A stretch of DNA of 63,972 nt, filler included, from Octopus bimaculoides (lineage: Eukaryota), in NCBI RefSeq assembly GCF_001194135.2. It is 9 parts of 9 records of this genome, joined end to end, with 100 filler letters (N's around TTAATTAATTAA, not from the genome) between each part and the next. Parts side by side here need not be neighbours in the genome. Positions count along the whole stretch, not along the records: positions 21,287 to 43,765 come from NC_068983.1; 8 more parts are not named here. One strand, 5' to 3'. Made by a program: the position numbers and the translations under genes. The notes beneath the pieces are model-generated. The model was not told the DNA's origin. It searched no databases and was given only the letters and a program-made list of their open reading frames with translations. Position 1 is the first letter of the stretch, and the number at the start of each line of letters is the position of its first letter. Shown here piece after piece: positions 25,684-38,919 of the stretch.

Positions 25684-26322
25684 TTGTGTGTTCACTTCAA
25701 ATATTCAACAGAATAATTTGCATTCTTACAAAGATGACACAACTGGTATAAACCAGAGCAGTGTGTTGCATCTCTGAAAGAGATACATTTATATATGTTT
25801 ATCTAACAAAAAAATCCATTAATACATTGATACTAACATTCATAGCATTTCTTACAAAAAATGTGAAATTAGCATAGCAGTCTGAGACTGATTGCCTAGT
25901 TCTGCTATTCACAAATAACACACATACTACAACATATGTTTGTTTTCACAATGATGTAAAACTGAGTAGAAATATACATATAAATACAGTGTCAATGGCT
26001 GATTCTGATTTGAACAATATTCCTAGGAATATTGTTCAATTAAAATCTCCAAAAGGCTTTTCAGTTCCACCCAAATAATCACCTTGATTTGTTATTTGTT
26101 ATTATTACCACTATTATTTAAGTGGCTAGAATCTTTCATCACAATATTTTTCATAGTTACCATTTCAAAATGGGAAACAGAAATTGCACAGAGTTTGCCT
26201 TTATTAACATCAGGATTAGTGCAGAATCTTTTCAACATACTTTGACAAATTTTAATAAATGACTGCCTTACATTCCTTAGCAAAGTGTCGTATGATAAGT
26301 CTCTTAAAGCATGTATTTCTTA

Positions 26323-26399
26323 TTATTTCACTAATGTAAGATATTTAATGATAGCATGATGCTTGATTTGAGGTTTTCGTTGTTCACAGCCTCTTGGAT
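26323..26399 (-). CDS. Candidate terminal coding exon of an unidentified minus-strand gene
   Basis: Acceptor tttgttgtttcag|; frame (D)PRGCEQRKPQIKHHAIIKYLTLVK*; AATAAA about 120 nt downstream. No homology recognised. Confidence 0.3.
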
Positions 26400-26864
26400 C
26401 TGAAACAACAAACATAAGATATGAGGAAAGAAAAGCTGCACATCTATAATAAACAAATTTTAGTTCATATGAATTTGACTTATTAAACAATCAGTACTTT
26501 AAGACCATTGTTGCAGCTTCACATGAAGCTTTTCCTTTATACAAATACACTTGCACACAACCTGTGGGAAAATATATTCTGCTCCACTGGTATATGCTCT
26601 AAATACTATCAACACAAACACACAGACACACATCTGTGCATGTCCCACCCATGCCAACATGGAAGGTGGACGTTAAACAGTGATGATGATGATGATGACG
26701 ACATATAAATATATATATATATGTGTGTATATATATCTATATATATTGCTGGCTACAAACTTGTTTTGACTTTTATTTCTAGCAATACTGGTGCTGATTA
26801 GTGCCCTTGTTCACTTTAGTGATGAGCGTGTGTGTGTGTGTATACAAAGAGTAAAGAACCCCTT

Positions 26865-27160
26865 CAGTCATGAATGACCATGGGATTGCATCCAGAAAGT
26901 TCCCCTCTGAGGCACAAGTCATGTCAAGTTGTTTTTGTGGAAGACCAGCAGTCTCTTATGCATACCAGTCTTCTCTCTCCATGCCACTGATGTTGTCAAA
27001 GGCAAAGGCTGATACAGCTTGGCACCAGTGATGTCGCAATTATTTTCCCAGCTGAGTGAACCTGGAGCATCATCAAATAAAGTATCTGGCCCGAGACAAC
27101 CTGGTCTGGGAATTGAAATCACTACCTCAGGATTGTGAGCCCGATGCTCGCACCTTACAC
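26865..27160 (-). mobile_element. tRNA-derived SINE family D
   Basis: Reverse of 48270-48585 (agaccagcagtc.c..atgcatacc..gatacagcttggcaccagtga.gtc). Confidence 0.85.
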
Positions 27161-27989
27161 ACAGATACAAATGTCATGAGTGTGTGTAATCAGTTGATTT
27201 GTTAATGCAATATGCCATCTGAAATCCTTTTTAAAAAATATTCTAAATAAAGAAAAGGCTATAGTCAAGCTGCTTAGCTAATAATGGCTCAGTCTATCTG
27301 AGCTATAACAAGGTGCTATAGAACAGTATACCTTGTTGCTGGAAATAGAAGTAACTCTTAAGAAAAGCTATGGGAGTTTAATTCATGTGCAAACTATATT
27401 CAACTCTTCCATTGGCAAGGTCTGAAGCTGCTTTGAAATTACTGCTAAATACTCCTTTATATAACCAAGTAATATCATTGGAGAGACCATAGTTATTGAT
27501 GCTTACATAGCATGAGGGAATACAAATTATAAATAATCTTTAATGAACACCATGAAGTGTCGCAAAGGATATGACACTTCGTATTTAATACTGAAGCATA
27601 TGTTTCTAATAACCTAAAAATTTTCTACTTCGTTAGAAAATGTAACACGGCCTAAAACACCCACACACACTTGTGCAAAGACACACGTAAAATGTAGTGT
27701 GATGTATAATGAAGAGAATTTGCAACTGGCCTACACAAAAATAAGAGGTCTACAAGTAATGAATCTTCTAAGCAAGACATATATTTGTTGTATGGAGGTG
27801 TCATAACCAATGACTTATGTTGCAATAACAGCATCAATAAATATAAAACTAAAGGGATGCTCTAGAAAGAAGCAAATACAGAGGCATCAAACTTCTAGGC
27901 TAAAATAGGAAAGTAACATAGTTACAGCATAACTGATTAGGAAGAGAGACAACAATGAAGTAAGATCTTGGCTAAAGTTAAGTCACTAA

Positions 27990-28700
27990 ACCTAGTACTC
28001 ACTTATCTGGATGAGGCCTTTGACAGGGTCTCATGCACTGTGGTCTAGTGGTCATTACAGAAACTAGATGTAGATGAAAAACTTGTGAAAAGAGTGCAAG
28101 CCATGTTAAGAGATCAGCAAGGTGAAACCTGGTCATGAGTTCAAAGATGAATTTAGTCAGGTCTTACTTCTTATTACCCACCACAACCACCACCACCACC
28201 ACTAGTTTTATAATAGCTTTCCAGATCATAACAAAGAAATTTAAAGCTGAGTATCCAAGGGAACTTCTGTATGTCAATGATCTAGTAATCAGAGATGCAT
28301 CTGTCAAAGATTTAGAGAAGAAATTTGAAAAGTGGAGGTAAAATCTAGAATTGAAAAGCCTAGAAATAAAGCTACAAAATAGAAAAGTTTTAGTTAAAAA
28401 GAAGAAATTAGGATTCTACAGCCATCGGGGAAAGGAGTAGATAAGAATTCCATACAGAGCATCCAATGTCAACAATGGCTGCACAAGGTATAGAGAGATC
28501 AGAAGCAAGCTGAAAGAGAAGGAAGATTTTACTTGTAGATATACAAAAATAGTTAGCAGCAAGAGCAGCCATGAAATCAATTCTTTTGGCTGCTAACAAT
28601 GTTCTATAGGAGTGGTTGATACATTCTGTTACCTAGGTGACCAAATAAGAAAAGCAAGTGGTTGCTTCAAAAGCATGGGGGTCAGAGAGCAGCTTGGTAG
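27990..28700 (+). mobile_element. RTE-like LINE reverse transcriptase fossil
   Basis: YLDEAFDRV..WSLQKLDVDEKLVKRVQAM; ELLYVNDLV (YADD equivalent); FEKWR; GKGVDKNSIQ..QCQQWLHK; VVDTFCYLGDQI. Contains stops and frameshifts. Confidence 0.8.
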
Positions 28701-29099
28701 TTCAGAAAAACAGAAAGTGTTATAATAAATGTGGCAAAAATGGCAGAAATAAGACATAACATACATTTGAATCAGTAGTGAATGAATTTTTTACAATCAG
28801 CTGAATAGCCATCTTTTGTAAAGGATCAACAAACTAACAGCAAATGGTGTGATTTTAAGTAATGCATTGTTAACTTTAGAGCCATTATTGTGCATATATG
28901 TACCATATACATAGGTTTTAGCATAAAATTTGAACCTAAAAAAAGAAAAAAGAAAAACTTTCCAAACCAGAAATTTTTTAAACACTAAATATGAAATTTA
29001 AACTATAACATTCCATATTTACTACAGTCTTGTCACTCAGTATCTTTCTGAAACTTATAGATATGATTGAGAAGTTGTATCAATAAGTATAGTTACCTA

Positions 29100-29312
29100 A
29101 GGTAGCAAGTTGACAGAATCACTAGCTCACTGGGCAAAATGCTAAGTGGCATTTTGTCTGTCTTTATGTTCTGAATTCAAATTCCACTGAGGTCAACTTT
29201 ACCTTTCATCCTTATAGACTCATTAAAATAAGTATCAGTCAAGTGCTGGAGGTGATGTAATTGACTTATCCCCTCCCACGAAATTGATGACCTTGTGTCA
29301 AAATTTGAAACC
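29100..29312 (+). mobile_element. SINE family B, CpG-decayed
   Basis: aagttgacagaatc..ggcaaaatgct..aaattccactgaggtcaactttacctttcatcc. Confidence 0.85.
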
Positions 29313-29321
29313 AATAGTATA

Positions 29322-29556
29322 TAGTAATCCTTTGAATATCAGGGGTGTTACATTCCCAAACCCCCATGATAGGTGAAAATTCGCAAAGTAGAAACAATAT
29401 TGTACTGTATATTTGTTTTATTATTTTTATAATTTGTATATATTTATTTTATTGCAAATGCAAGACAACACCATGGAGCAATCGAAGTAAGCTTAAATAA
29501 TAAACCGCAAGAGGTGAACTGTGATAGGTGAACCCTGGTATGGCAAGGGACTACTG
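29322..29556. mobile_element. Tigger/pogo-type MITE with imperfect TIRs and TA target duplication
   Basis: Left TA|tagtaatcctttgaatatc; right end reverse-complements to TA|CAGTAGTCCCTTGCCATACC. Confidence 0.7.
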
Positions 29557-30097
29557 TAGTTACCTTGAAATTATAAGTGTGTATTATAAAGCTGTCAAAT
29601 ATATTTCAAAATAACTGTGCAACAAGCTTGGCTGATGTGCACTAACTGTCATTCATAATAGTTAACAAATAGTACGAATGGACTGTCTGAATTTTAATAA
29701 CCAAGTCTGTGTCACTTACTAGTATTATTCTGCTGGACATTGACATAGTTGTTAATAAATTGTTGTGGGGCAATAAACTCTCAACAATAAGTGCCACCTA
29801 ATGCCGCTGTGACTGTTGGAATCCTTATCACCAAGCAGAAACTTTTATAACTTCTTATAAATAACTGTAGGTGATAAGAGTTTATTGTGGTTGTGTATAT
29901 TAAAAGAAGTTTAAAATATGTGCATCTGTCTTGTGAAAAATTTCCAAAGGCAGAACGAACTTGTAACCTACTGTTGTGAAATTTTATCAGCTTGTCTTAT
30001 ACAGTATGTATAGTTCAAAACTTACATTTTGAAGGGAAATTCTGCAGATGTCTTATACATGCAGTCATTTTATACATTGACATATATGGTGGTGGTG

Positions 30098-30130
<33 letters not shown>

Positions 30131-33100
30131 CATGCATACATATATGCACACACATGTTTCAGTGCATTTGTGATAAGCATAATGAGAATAAAGTTGAGGG
30201 GTTAGATGCACTAATGATTTCAAACCTTATACTTCTTCCTTCACTTTACCTACCTGAAAACAGTTGAGAACTTAATAGTAGGAAGAGAATCCAACAGTGA
30301 AAACAACTTCTCCATTGGAGAAAAAAGAGAAGAAAAGAAACAAACCTTTCACTCATGCTAACTAGTTAAAATAGACAAACAACAGTTTATACATCTGAAA
30401 CATACTTCATTATTTTAACATTAAGATAGTGGTGTTCAGACACCTTAAAGCATTACATACAGTTTTTAGTTTGGTTATTCATATTCAGGCTGAAAACTTC
30501 TGAGGAACAGACAGAGTACTTTACCATATTCTATTTTGGTGACTTATATTTCTGTGTCCAAATTCTACTAGTTTGGTTTCACTTTCATTTACACACACAT
30601 GCACATACAGGACAAAAAAAATATTAATAGATAATTTTGATTTTCATTCAGATAATTAATATTCTATTTAAATATGTATATGCTGTTTACCTAAAAATTA
30701 CATAAATCTTTAGGGAAATGTAAAGTAGGAGAAGAAAATGTTTTTAAGAAGGCAGATGAACTTGGAGTAAACAGTTTTGTGATTTACTCATTGGCTCATC
30801 ATAATGGCTGCATTGATATTTGAGCTTAGGAGAATTGGGGCCCTAAAATTTACAGACATTGTGCCTCATATAAGTTACAGAAATGTAGCCAACATAGAGT
30901 GCACAGCTACATAATCTGAAAATGCTAGCTAGCTCTGATGGTCAAGTTTTGTTTGTTTGTTCATCTTAAGGTGCTTCAGACTATTACAAAAGCCAAGATT
31001 TTTTTTATTCAAAGCCAAAATATGTAGTCACCTTTGGAAAGGGAATTATTATTTGTTCAAACATTTGAGATGGTGCAATCACCACACACATACATTGGCT
31101 ACATTTACTGGATGATAAATAAATCACCACTCATTTAGACTCAATAATCTTTAGGTCTACATAATGTTGTATTCTATTTTTATTACCTCTAACATAAATA
31201 ACAATGATATCTCTTCTGAGCTTATAGCTTGTTTTGCAATCTAAATCCAATATAGAAATCACTCATGTACCCTTATTTGTGCCTTTACCTGATGTAAGTA
31301 TTTTAAGTAAGTGGGTAGGTAGTATGTTTTTAACAAAGTCTAAGGCATTATACCTTATCCCTTAAATCTTACACTCAACATTTTCTACATACTTTGCCTC
31401 TCAGAATTGCATCACTTCACAATGTCTTCCTATACAAGATTCTTTTCAATGCAAATTAATGATAAATATGCTAAACATACCCAATTTTCACTCCATAACT
31501 CTTCTTAGTTTAACAAATATATATAAAAGAAACTTCATACACCTATGATTTGTCTGACAGATAGTAATCTCAAGGTATGTAAATATCTTTGCAAAAATAA
31601 CTGAAGTAATTGGAAATAATCAGTAAGAGGAGGGAGGCAGAAAAATTTATTTTGATATGATAAAAATAAAAATAAAGAGGAAAATAAATGAATAAAAAGG
31701 TCATTTGAAGGGAACCAGTTTAAATCAAATTATGATCTTTCAGTTCATCAGAAAATTTTCTAATGTCAGCTACAATGTCAAAGATTAGTTACTGCTGCTG
31801 AGAAATTCTTATAATTAAATATGCAGCCAAAGAAAAGCTGAAATTTCAGGTTAATGAGTTTCACTCTTCAGAAAATTCTATTAAGTAAACTTTCTTTTGG
31901 GCATGTTTGTGCAATTTTTAAGCATAACACGACATGCTGTCTTCCTTTAGTTTGAACCCCAGGTGTTTCTGTAAGGTGGTCTTTGTATCTCTAGCTATAG
32001 AAAATAAAGCAGTCAGATTTCCATTGGATCTCTTCCAGGGATTTTGATAATTTTCTGTAGCTGCAACTGAATTTCATAGTGCCAACATTAGAAGTTAGCT
32101 GCGTATTTTGTTAAACTATAGCTTGCTGAGATAGGAACAGCTCCTGCGGTTTCTCTGCAAGAAACCTCTCTTCTGCCTTCACTCATAAACGCTGAACTAT
32201 GTAATCTTATCCAATTTCCATGACCATGAAAATCAGGATGTTAATATACATCTGTAAACATGTCAGAAATGAATTTTCATAATGATGATGGATGGTAATA
32301 ATGGCGGTGGAAATGACAACAATGGTGATGAAAGGGGAATTGGAAATGATGATTAATGATGAGGAAGGCAGTGGGATGAGGATGGTGATGATGATGTGGG
32401 AGAGCATGATGTCAATCTCAAAGAGGATGATGATATCTTCTAAAGCTAGTTAACTAAACCCTCTTTCAAAAAGTTCATTATTTCTTAAGGGTAACCTGTT
32501 CTCAGTTCCTTATGATAGCTCATAAGAACTGCTAATAATACTACTAATAATTAAAGTATTTGCATCAAGTCAATGATACTCTGATCTCTAAAAGAAGTAC
32601 AATTTACTTCCAGACTTGATCGGGAAGTATATCTTTGTTGAAAATCAAAAGAGAAGCCAAAGAGATTTTCAGCAGAAGCCTCAATAAATGTTCTATAATA
32701 AAATGAGAATGTGAGATTGTGAGGCTTATGAATGAAAATTTTAAGTTTTAAATCTGTTTTTAAGATCTAGCATGACTGTAATGATTTATATTTTTGCATA
32801 CGTATAGAGGCCAATAATGTTACAGATCAATGCCTTTATTCCGTTATTGTCCATTAACCATGCAGTAGGAACAGTATCTGATTTCTGCATGGGTATATCA
32901 TATATTATATGTAAATAAAACAAGGACTATAAGAATGTTTTTCTTTTAGTTACAATTCTTAATGCCACAGTCTCTACAGCATGCAAATTAAGACATTGAG
33001 ATTAAATTATATCACAAGTGATGTGATCCAAACATATCAAAAGAAAGGTAAGTATATAAATATTTAAAAAATGCAACAGGGGAATTAAGGCCAAGACTAT

Positions 33101-33397
33101 TTTAATCGAAATGATGTTAGATAAGGAATTTAACTTGTACATGGAATTAATTTGCATTGTTCTAAATATGCTCCAAGAAGTGATATTTTGCACATATCTT
33201 TCAACCTCAATCATCTGGATGTAATACATGAAGTAACATTACAAAATATTACATATCTTAGAAACACAAATTCATTGGCTTACTAATGTACCTGCAACAT
33301 TATAAAAGAACTTGCAAACAAAGTTTTATTAGGTTACCAACCATACTCCAATCAATCTCAAGTAAGATCATGATTTAAATAAGTGCTCCTTGTTTAC

Positions 33398-33424
33398 CTC
33401 TGATGGAGACATAACAGCCTTTAG
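33398..33424 (-). CDS. Candidate 27-nt micro-exon
   Basis: Acceptor ttttttttcttgcatag| and donor GAG|gtaaac; reads (x)KGCYVSIR and is phase-compatible with the 26399 exon. Confidence 0.3.
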
Positions 33425-34226
33425 CTATGCAAGAAAAAAAAACTAAATGGTAAAACCCACCAATCTGACTACAATATTGAAACAATCACTAACCCATAGC
33501 AAAAGTTCAAATATCATGAAGTAAATTTAGAACTTGGCGTTTATCAACATTTTATTAAACCTCTCATTATTTGCAGAGTATGAATAAATATAGATAGAAA
33601 ATTTTTGAAAGAGATGGAAACCAAAGAAGTAACAAGAGAATGAGTAAACCAGGAATCTTCATAGAAGCAGGTATTCTTACACCAAACTTAAAAGCCGATG
33701 GATATATATATGAGAAATGTTGATATCACTCTAAAAACCTTCAAGTATGAAAAGTAGGAATGAATCTTCTATCATTGTCCATTTGGGAAATTAATCTCAA
33801 TCTGTACTTGGATATTAAAATATTAAACCAATTTTTCAATGGTTAAGAATACTAATTGTTCACTTAATGTCATAAAATGCAACAATTCTCTTTATTAGCT
33901 GCAGTAATAATAATAGCACTACTAATAATAAATATAATAATCTTCACAATGATATAAATTGTAGTAAAGAAATTTACCCAATTAAATTGACACCAGTATA
34001 TTACAGGTGAATTGGCAGTCATTGAAATATCACATAAAATAACTTGTAGTAGTCATTTCAGTATTTAACAATCTGAATTCAGTTCTTGCCATGATCAAAT
34101 TTGTTTGTTAGACTTTCAGGGGCAATAAACAAAGTACTAGCCTAATAAAGGGGACAATTCTTCTCTTCCTTAATCTCTCTCTCACTTTTCTTTCTTCCCT
34201 TCCTTTCTTAAAGGAAATACATACAT

Positions 34227-34263
<37 letters not shown>

Positions 34264-34659
34264 GGATTTCTGTCATAAGGTAGAATAGGAGGTATGGGTG
34301 AGAGAAAGAAAAAGAGGCTGCCGAAACATTGGGCCTTTGAAAATCTACTATAATGCAGAATCTTGTAACAAGTTTTTCATTGATTTTCATCTTATAAATT
34401 GAGATGAATTCCAACATAATTTTTTTTCAAAAAAGCAACCACTTATGCTGTATGGATATATGAAAAATATTTGAAGAGATACACACAAGGGAATGAATAA
34501 GAATTCGATATCATAATAGGATAGGGTACATAATGATGACAAAAGATACTGACTGCTGCATGCTGAGAGGTGGTGTAATGGGAGTTACTAGGAGGAAGAG
34601 GTGCATTATTTTCTTTCTTGTCGATCACTATCAGCATCTGTTCAAGTGGTGAAGGGCTT

Positions 34660-34891
34660 ATCCAAAGTTGTTTGATGTTTATAGCATACCATTTTTTTGT
34701 GCAACTCAGTGTAGGAACAGAATGCATTGTGAGCTTCTCTTGTAATTTTTATGTTACATTCATGATAGGGAGTGTTTTCAACAAAGACTTACAAACCTTT
34801 CTTTATAAGCACCAACAGATTAACCATATATCTTGCAGCCAACTGAAGTGGAATGGAGAAACCTTATATAAATCATCATCATCATTTAACA

Positions 34892-34940
<49 letters not shown>

Positions 34941-36262
34941 ATACTCCTTGCTCTACAACTAGCTCTTACTCAAACTGCATGAGCTCCTCATTAAATAGAC
35001 TTATTCTTTAGGACCTTAGCAACTCAACCACATCATCTACGATTGCAAAACTACATCATTTGTTATTGTTACAATATTGTATTGAATTTGGTGTAGGCTT
35101 TCTGCTAATAGAAAATCAGTTAAATTCATGGATACAAACTGACTATCTGTATATCCAAATATAATTCATAGCTGAAGGTTAATATTTCATGACTCAGGCA
35201 TGTTATCTACAGCAACCATAATATTAAACTTTTCCAAATAGTTTCTAACTATAGGTTTATCATCTTTTTATGAGTTAATTGAAATATCTTCTCAAATACT
35301 ATACCCAGAAGTTAACTATTACACCTAGATTCATTGGCTTGAGCAAAGAAATTGTGTTCTCACATTATCAGAAAAGTCATTTATGTTCAGTGGGTGGCTT
35401 CATGGCTTGTCTAGAAGGAGCAATGCATTGTTAGAAATATTATGCCTGATACCTTAACTTCCAAAAGTGGGGCAAAAGAAAATTTGTCAAATTGTTTCAG
35501 AGAAAGATCATTGTCATTCAGCTCTTCCTCAACGTTAAATCACAAACAGATTAAATTTAGAGAAGCTTTTCATAAGCCATTGGATTTTCAGTGATACACA
35601 AGCACAAGCTTTACTTTCATATTACCAGCTGCATTTTTCCCACAAAAAGCTCCAGACAACTTTTGGAAGCCAATTATTCTTCACATGAAGTAAGCACAAT
35701 TTCATCAACATTGTACACTTGTTCTGGTGCACAAGCTCCATTAGCAATTATTTTCTTCAGTTCTTCAGGTTAATTAATGGCAGCCTTCATATCAGTACTA
35801 GCATCTTCACAGGTCATTCTAATATGTAATATAAGATACCTTTTAAACCTTTCAAACCAGCCTTTACTAGGCAGAAAATGTTTTGCATCAAATGTTGTAC
35901 TTCTCTCTGTAAATTATTACACAAATTTTTAACTTTTGCAGGAATGGGTGCTGTGTTTATTAGCACCTTATGTTCACTCTGACCATTTAACCACACACAC
36001 TCAGGAACTGTATCATAGGAAACATTATATCAGACCTATGAGAAACCAATGTTCAAACAACTAAAAAAATATCTGACTTGAACTGTTTTTATTGTTTCAC
36101 ATTACTTCCACTGAGGAACTCCAAGCATTTACAATATGGATGAGTTAGTCTCCCACATTACATTTTCGTTTAATCAAGTTTTATGTCCAAAGTAATAATC
36201 TTTTTATTTCATCTTAACACATTACAACCTCCACTTTCACTTGATGACCTATTTCTAGTCAT
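34660..36262 (-). mobile_element. Near full-length decayed pogo/Tigger transposase
   Basis: KKIITLDIKLD; HFLPSKGWFERFK; ELKKIIANGACAPEQVYNVDE; NAAGNMKVKLVLVYH; LLLLDK; KPMNLGVI; C-terminal KHQTTLDK. Many stops and frameshifts, and interrupted by (TG)n at about 34895-34940. Confidence 0.88.
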
Positions 36263-36849
36263 CTTGAATAATGGTAATGTACTACATTGTATATGTTTTT
36301 CATTAAAAAAAGCAATAATAGCAACAGGCAAGGAACCAACACCAAATACTAAAACAGTAGAATCTAAGAAAAATAGAGATGTAAAAAATGAGAGGAGTTA
36401 GGAATAACACGAACAATATACAAGCTGTACGCTTAAGTAGAAACTCCTAAAAAAAGCACTAAAATGAATTAAAGTTGGCAGCAAAGGTAATTTTAATTGG
36501 TGCACACAAAAGAAGGTACAGGGACAGAGGAAAATGCAGGCTGGTATTAGCAAGAATGTTGAAATCTATTAAAATTAAACATTTTGTAGGAGAAAGAAAT
36601 AAAATTAAAGAATAAAACTGATATACTGTTAGCAACAAAAATCGATAGAAAATAGAGATAGAAAAATGGCTGCAAGACTGACCAGCCATATTAAATTATC
36701 TCACAACATATATGTCTCATTTTTAAAAACTAAGAAAAGTTAATTAATCTCTCTCATATATATATATATATATATANNNNNNNNNNNNNNNNNNNNNNNN
36801 NNNNNNNNNNNNNNNNNNATATATATATTATTATTATTATTATTATTAT

Positions 36850-37008
36850 TTAAAACAGTTTGATTTGGCTCCATGTAACTTAAAATTTTGCTGGCTCCTA
36901 ACAGAAATCTGTATTCTTTATGATTGGATTTGGTAATCCAGGCCTGAACAAGATGGGTTTCTGTTAGAAACCCGAAAAGCTGCATGGAGGCAAACCACAC
37001 TGTTTTGA
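36850..37008. mobile_element. Small foldback/MITE-like element flanked by (TAT)n and (AAT)n
   Basis: Left aaaacagtttgatttggctccatgtaact versus right reverse complement aaaacagtgtggtttgcctccatgcagct, plus an inner ctaacagaaa/tttctgttag match. Confidence 0.65.
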
Positions 37009-37163
37009 ATAATAATAATATACGTAACCCTACTAAATGAGTTGAATGCCTTTTCCTTTCATTTGTCCACTCACCCATATATATATATATATATATCTTG
37101 GTTGTAAAAAACATAAATCTGAAAGAAGCAGCACACTCTAGGATGTACAGCAGTATATATTAA

Positions 37164-37351
37164 AAATGGGGAAGGCCGGTTTATGGGATTACCTTAGGTT
37201 TCCCATCCATAAAGGGTTTAGTTTTACGGCATATCGTATTTTTAAGAAGTCATGGGCCAACAGGTTTTTGGGATCTGACAATACGCCATAAACCTAAACC
37301 CTGTATGGACAGGAAACCTAAGGTAATCTCATAAACTAGCCTTCCCCATTT
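37164..37351. mobile_element. MITE with TIRs of about 70 bp
   Basis: aatggggaaggccggtttatgggattaccttaggtttcc.. versus right-end reverse complement aatggggaaggctagtttatgagattaccttaggtttcc..; TA-rich flanks. Confidence 0.85.
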
Positions 37352-37851
37352 ATATATATGCATATGGATGAATGAATGAATATATGTACTATGTTGTGCT
37401 TTCAGAATTTTAAGTAAAATGAGGTTGTTTAAATGGAAACTCACATTGTCATTAACCTAAATGGGAGAGTGGATATGGGAACTTAGAGGCCAGGAGAGAC
37501 ATTTCATAGTTCTCTGACAGGTGATGACAGTGAGCATATCATATATTGAGAACATTTAGTCTGGTTGTGGCAATTTGCTCTGACAGAAACTGCCATGTTT
37601 AGCATAACTGTGAGCCAACATGGGAGCCTACTCATGTTAATCTGACTTTCATTATGAGAATTAACAAACCAAACTGATGCAAATCACCTGTAGGTAAATA
37701 AGACATATTTTATACAATATCTGAAAAATAATGAGGTGATGCTTCATGGTTGGCATCCCTTTCATAACAGGTCTTCTTAATCAGGGCTGATTGGATTAAA
37801 CATTACAACCACTTGGTCCTTGGAAGTCTATAGTGGAGTACACATTGTTAC

Positions 37852-37908
37852 AAGCATTCAAGCCAAACTTTCAGTTCTTTCCTTGTACACTTTGTTTTAC
37901 TTAAAATT
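37852..37908 (-). CDS. Candidate internal exon (57 nt)
   Basis: Acceptor gtattgtgtcttcag|; reads ILSKTKCTRKELKVWLEC; weak donor ctt|gtaaca. Confidence 0.2.
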
Positions 37909-38499
37909 CTGAAGACACAATACAATACATACATATACACAGATACATACGCACACATGCACAGACATACACACACACATAGATATGAGTATATATATAT
38001 ATATATAGACACGTCACTAAAGTGACTAAGGGAGCTATTCAGCACCAGTATTGCTAGAAATAAGAGTCAAAACAACTCATACCCACAATAATGCATCGCC
38101 TTATTTATTGACAAGTCTATTGAAGAAATGATTATTATTATAACCAAACAAAAGGCTCTGAGCTGGCAGAATCATTAGCATGCTGGACGCAATGCTTAGC
38201 AGTATTTTGTCTGTCGCTTATTTGGTGGGAATTTACATCAACCTCAGTCTGTAACTGGTACTTATTATTTTATCCAACCCAAAAGGATTAAAAACAAAGT
38301 CAAGCCTAGCAGAATTTGAACTCAGGATGTCCTTGTTCTACAAACATGATCAACATAATGCCCCAACATGTTTTCATGGAAAATTGCAAATGAACAACGC
38401 TGCCCATAAATACACCAGTTTACAATTAGCAATTGATGTCATGACAAAGAGGAATGAGCAATATGCATGCACACACACACACACACACATATATATACG

Positions 38500-38640
38500 T
38501 CTACAATGAGCTTTCAGTTTCTGTTGCTAAAGCCCACTCACAAGGCCCTGGTCAACCAGAGGTTATAAAAGAACATGTCTATCCAAGGTGCTGTGCAGTG
38601 GAACCAAACCTGAAACCACATGGTAGTGAAACAGTGTGTG
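38500..38640 (-). mobile_element. SINE family A 5' half, CpG-decayed
   Basis: gagctttcagtttct..ccactcacaaggccctggtcaacc..gctgtgcagtggaacc. Confidence 0.8.
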
Positions 38641-38882
38641 AGTGTGTGTGTAGGTAAGTAGGTAGATACAAGTCCTCAAATATTAGGGGAGGGTATACTT
38701 GATTATACTGAACTCAGTACCAGACTGGTACTTATTTCATCAGCCATAAAAAGTAAAATATCTAGTTATCAGAATAGTTAAGAAAGAGTCTCTGCATGGT
38801 TGCTCATCCTACTAACCCTAACCGAATCTGAATTCAGAATTAAATCAATACGAGAAATAAAGGCCTCTGTTACAATGCCCAC

Positions 38883-38919
38883 CTGATTCTGTTAAGTTCT
38901 TCTACTCTGTCTTCTGACA
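38883..38919 (-). CDS. Candidate internal exon (37 nt)
   Basis: Acceptor ttttgtaccttgtgtag| and donor cag|gtgggc; reads SEDRVEELNRI and is phase-compatible with the 37908 exon. Confidence 0.2.

Noticed and set aside
28760-28946. Strong minus-strand acceptor at about 28947
   Set aside because: All downstream frames are short or nondescript and no convincing donor was found.
31850-32200. Possible exon or LINE remnant
   Set aside because: All frames are interrupted and the motifs are too weak to assign.
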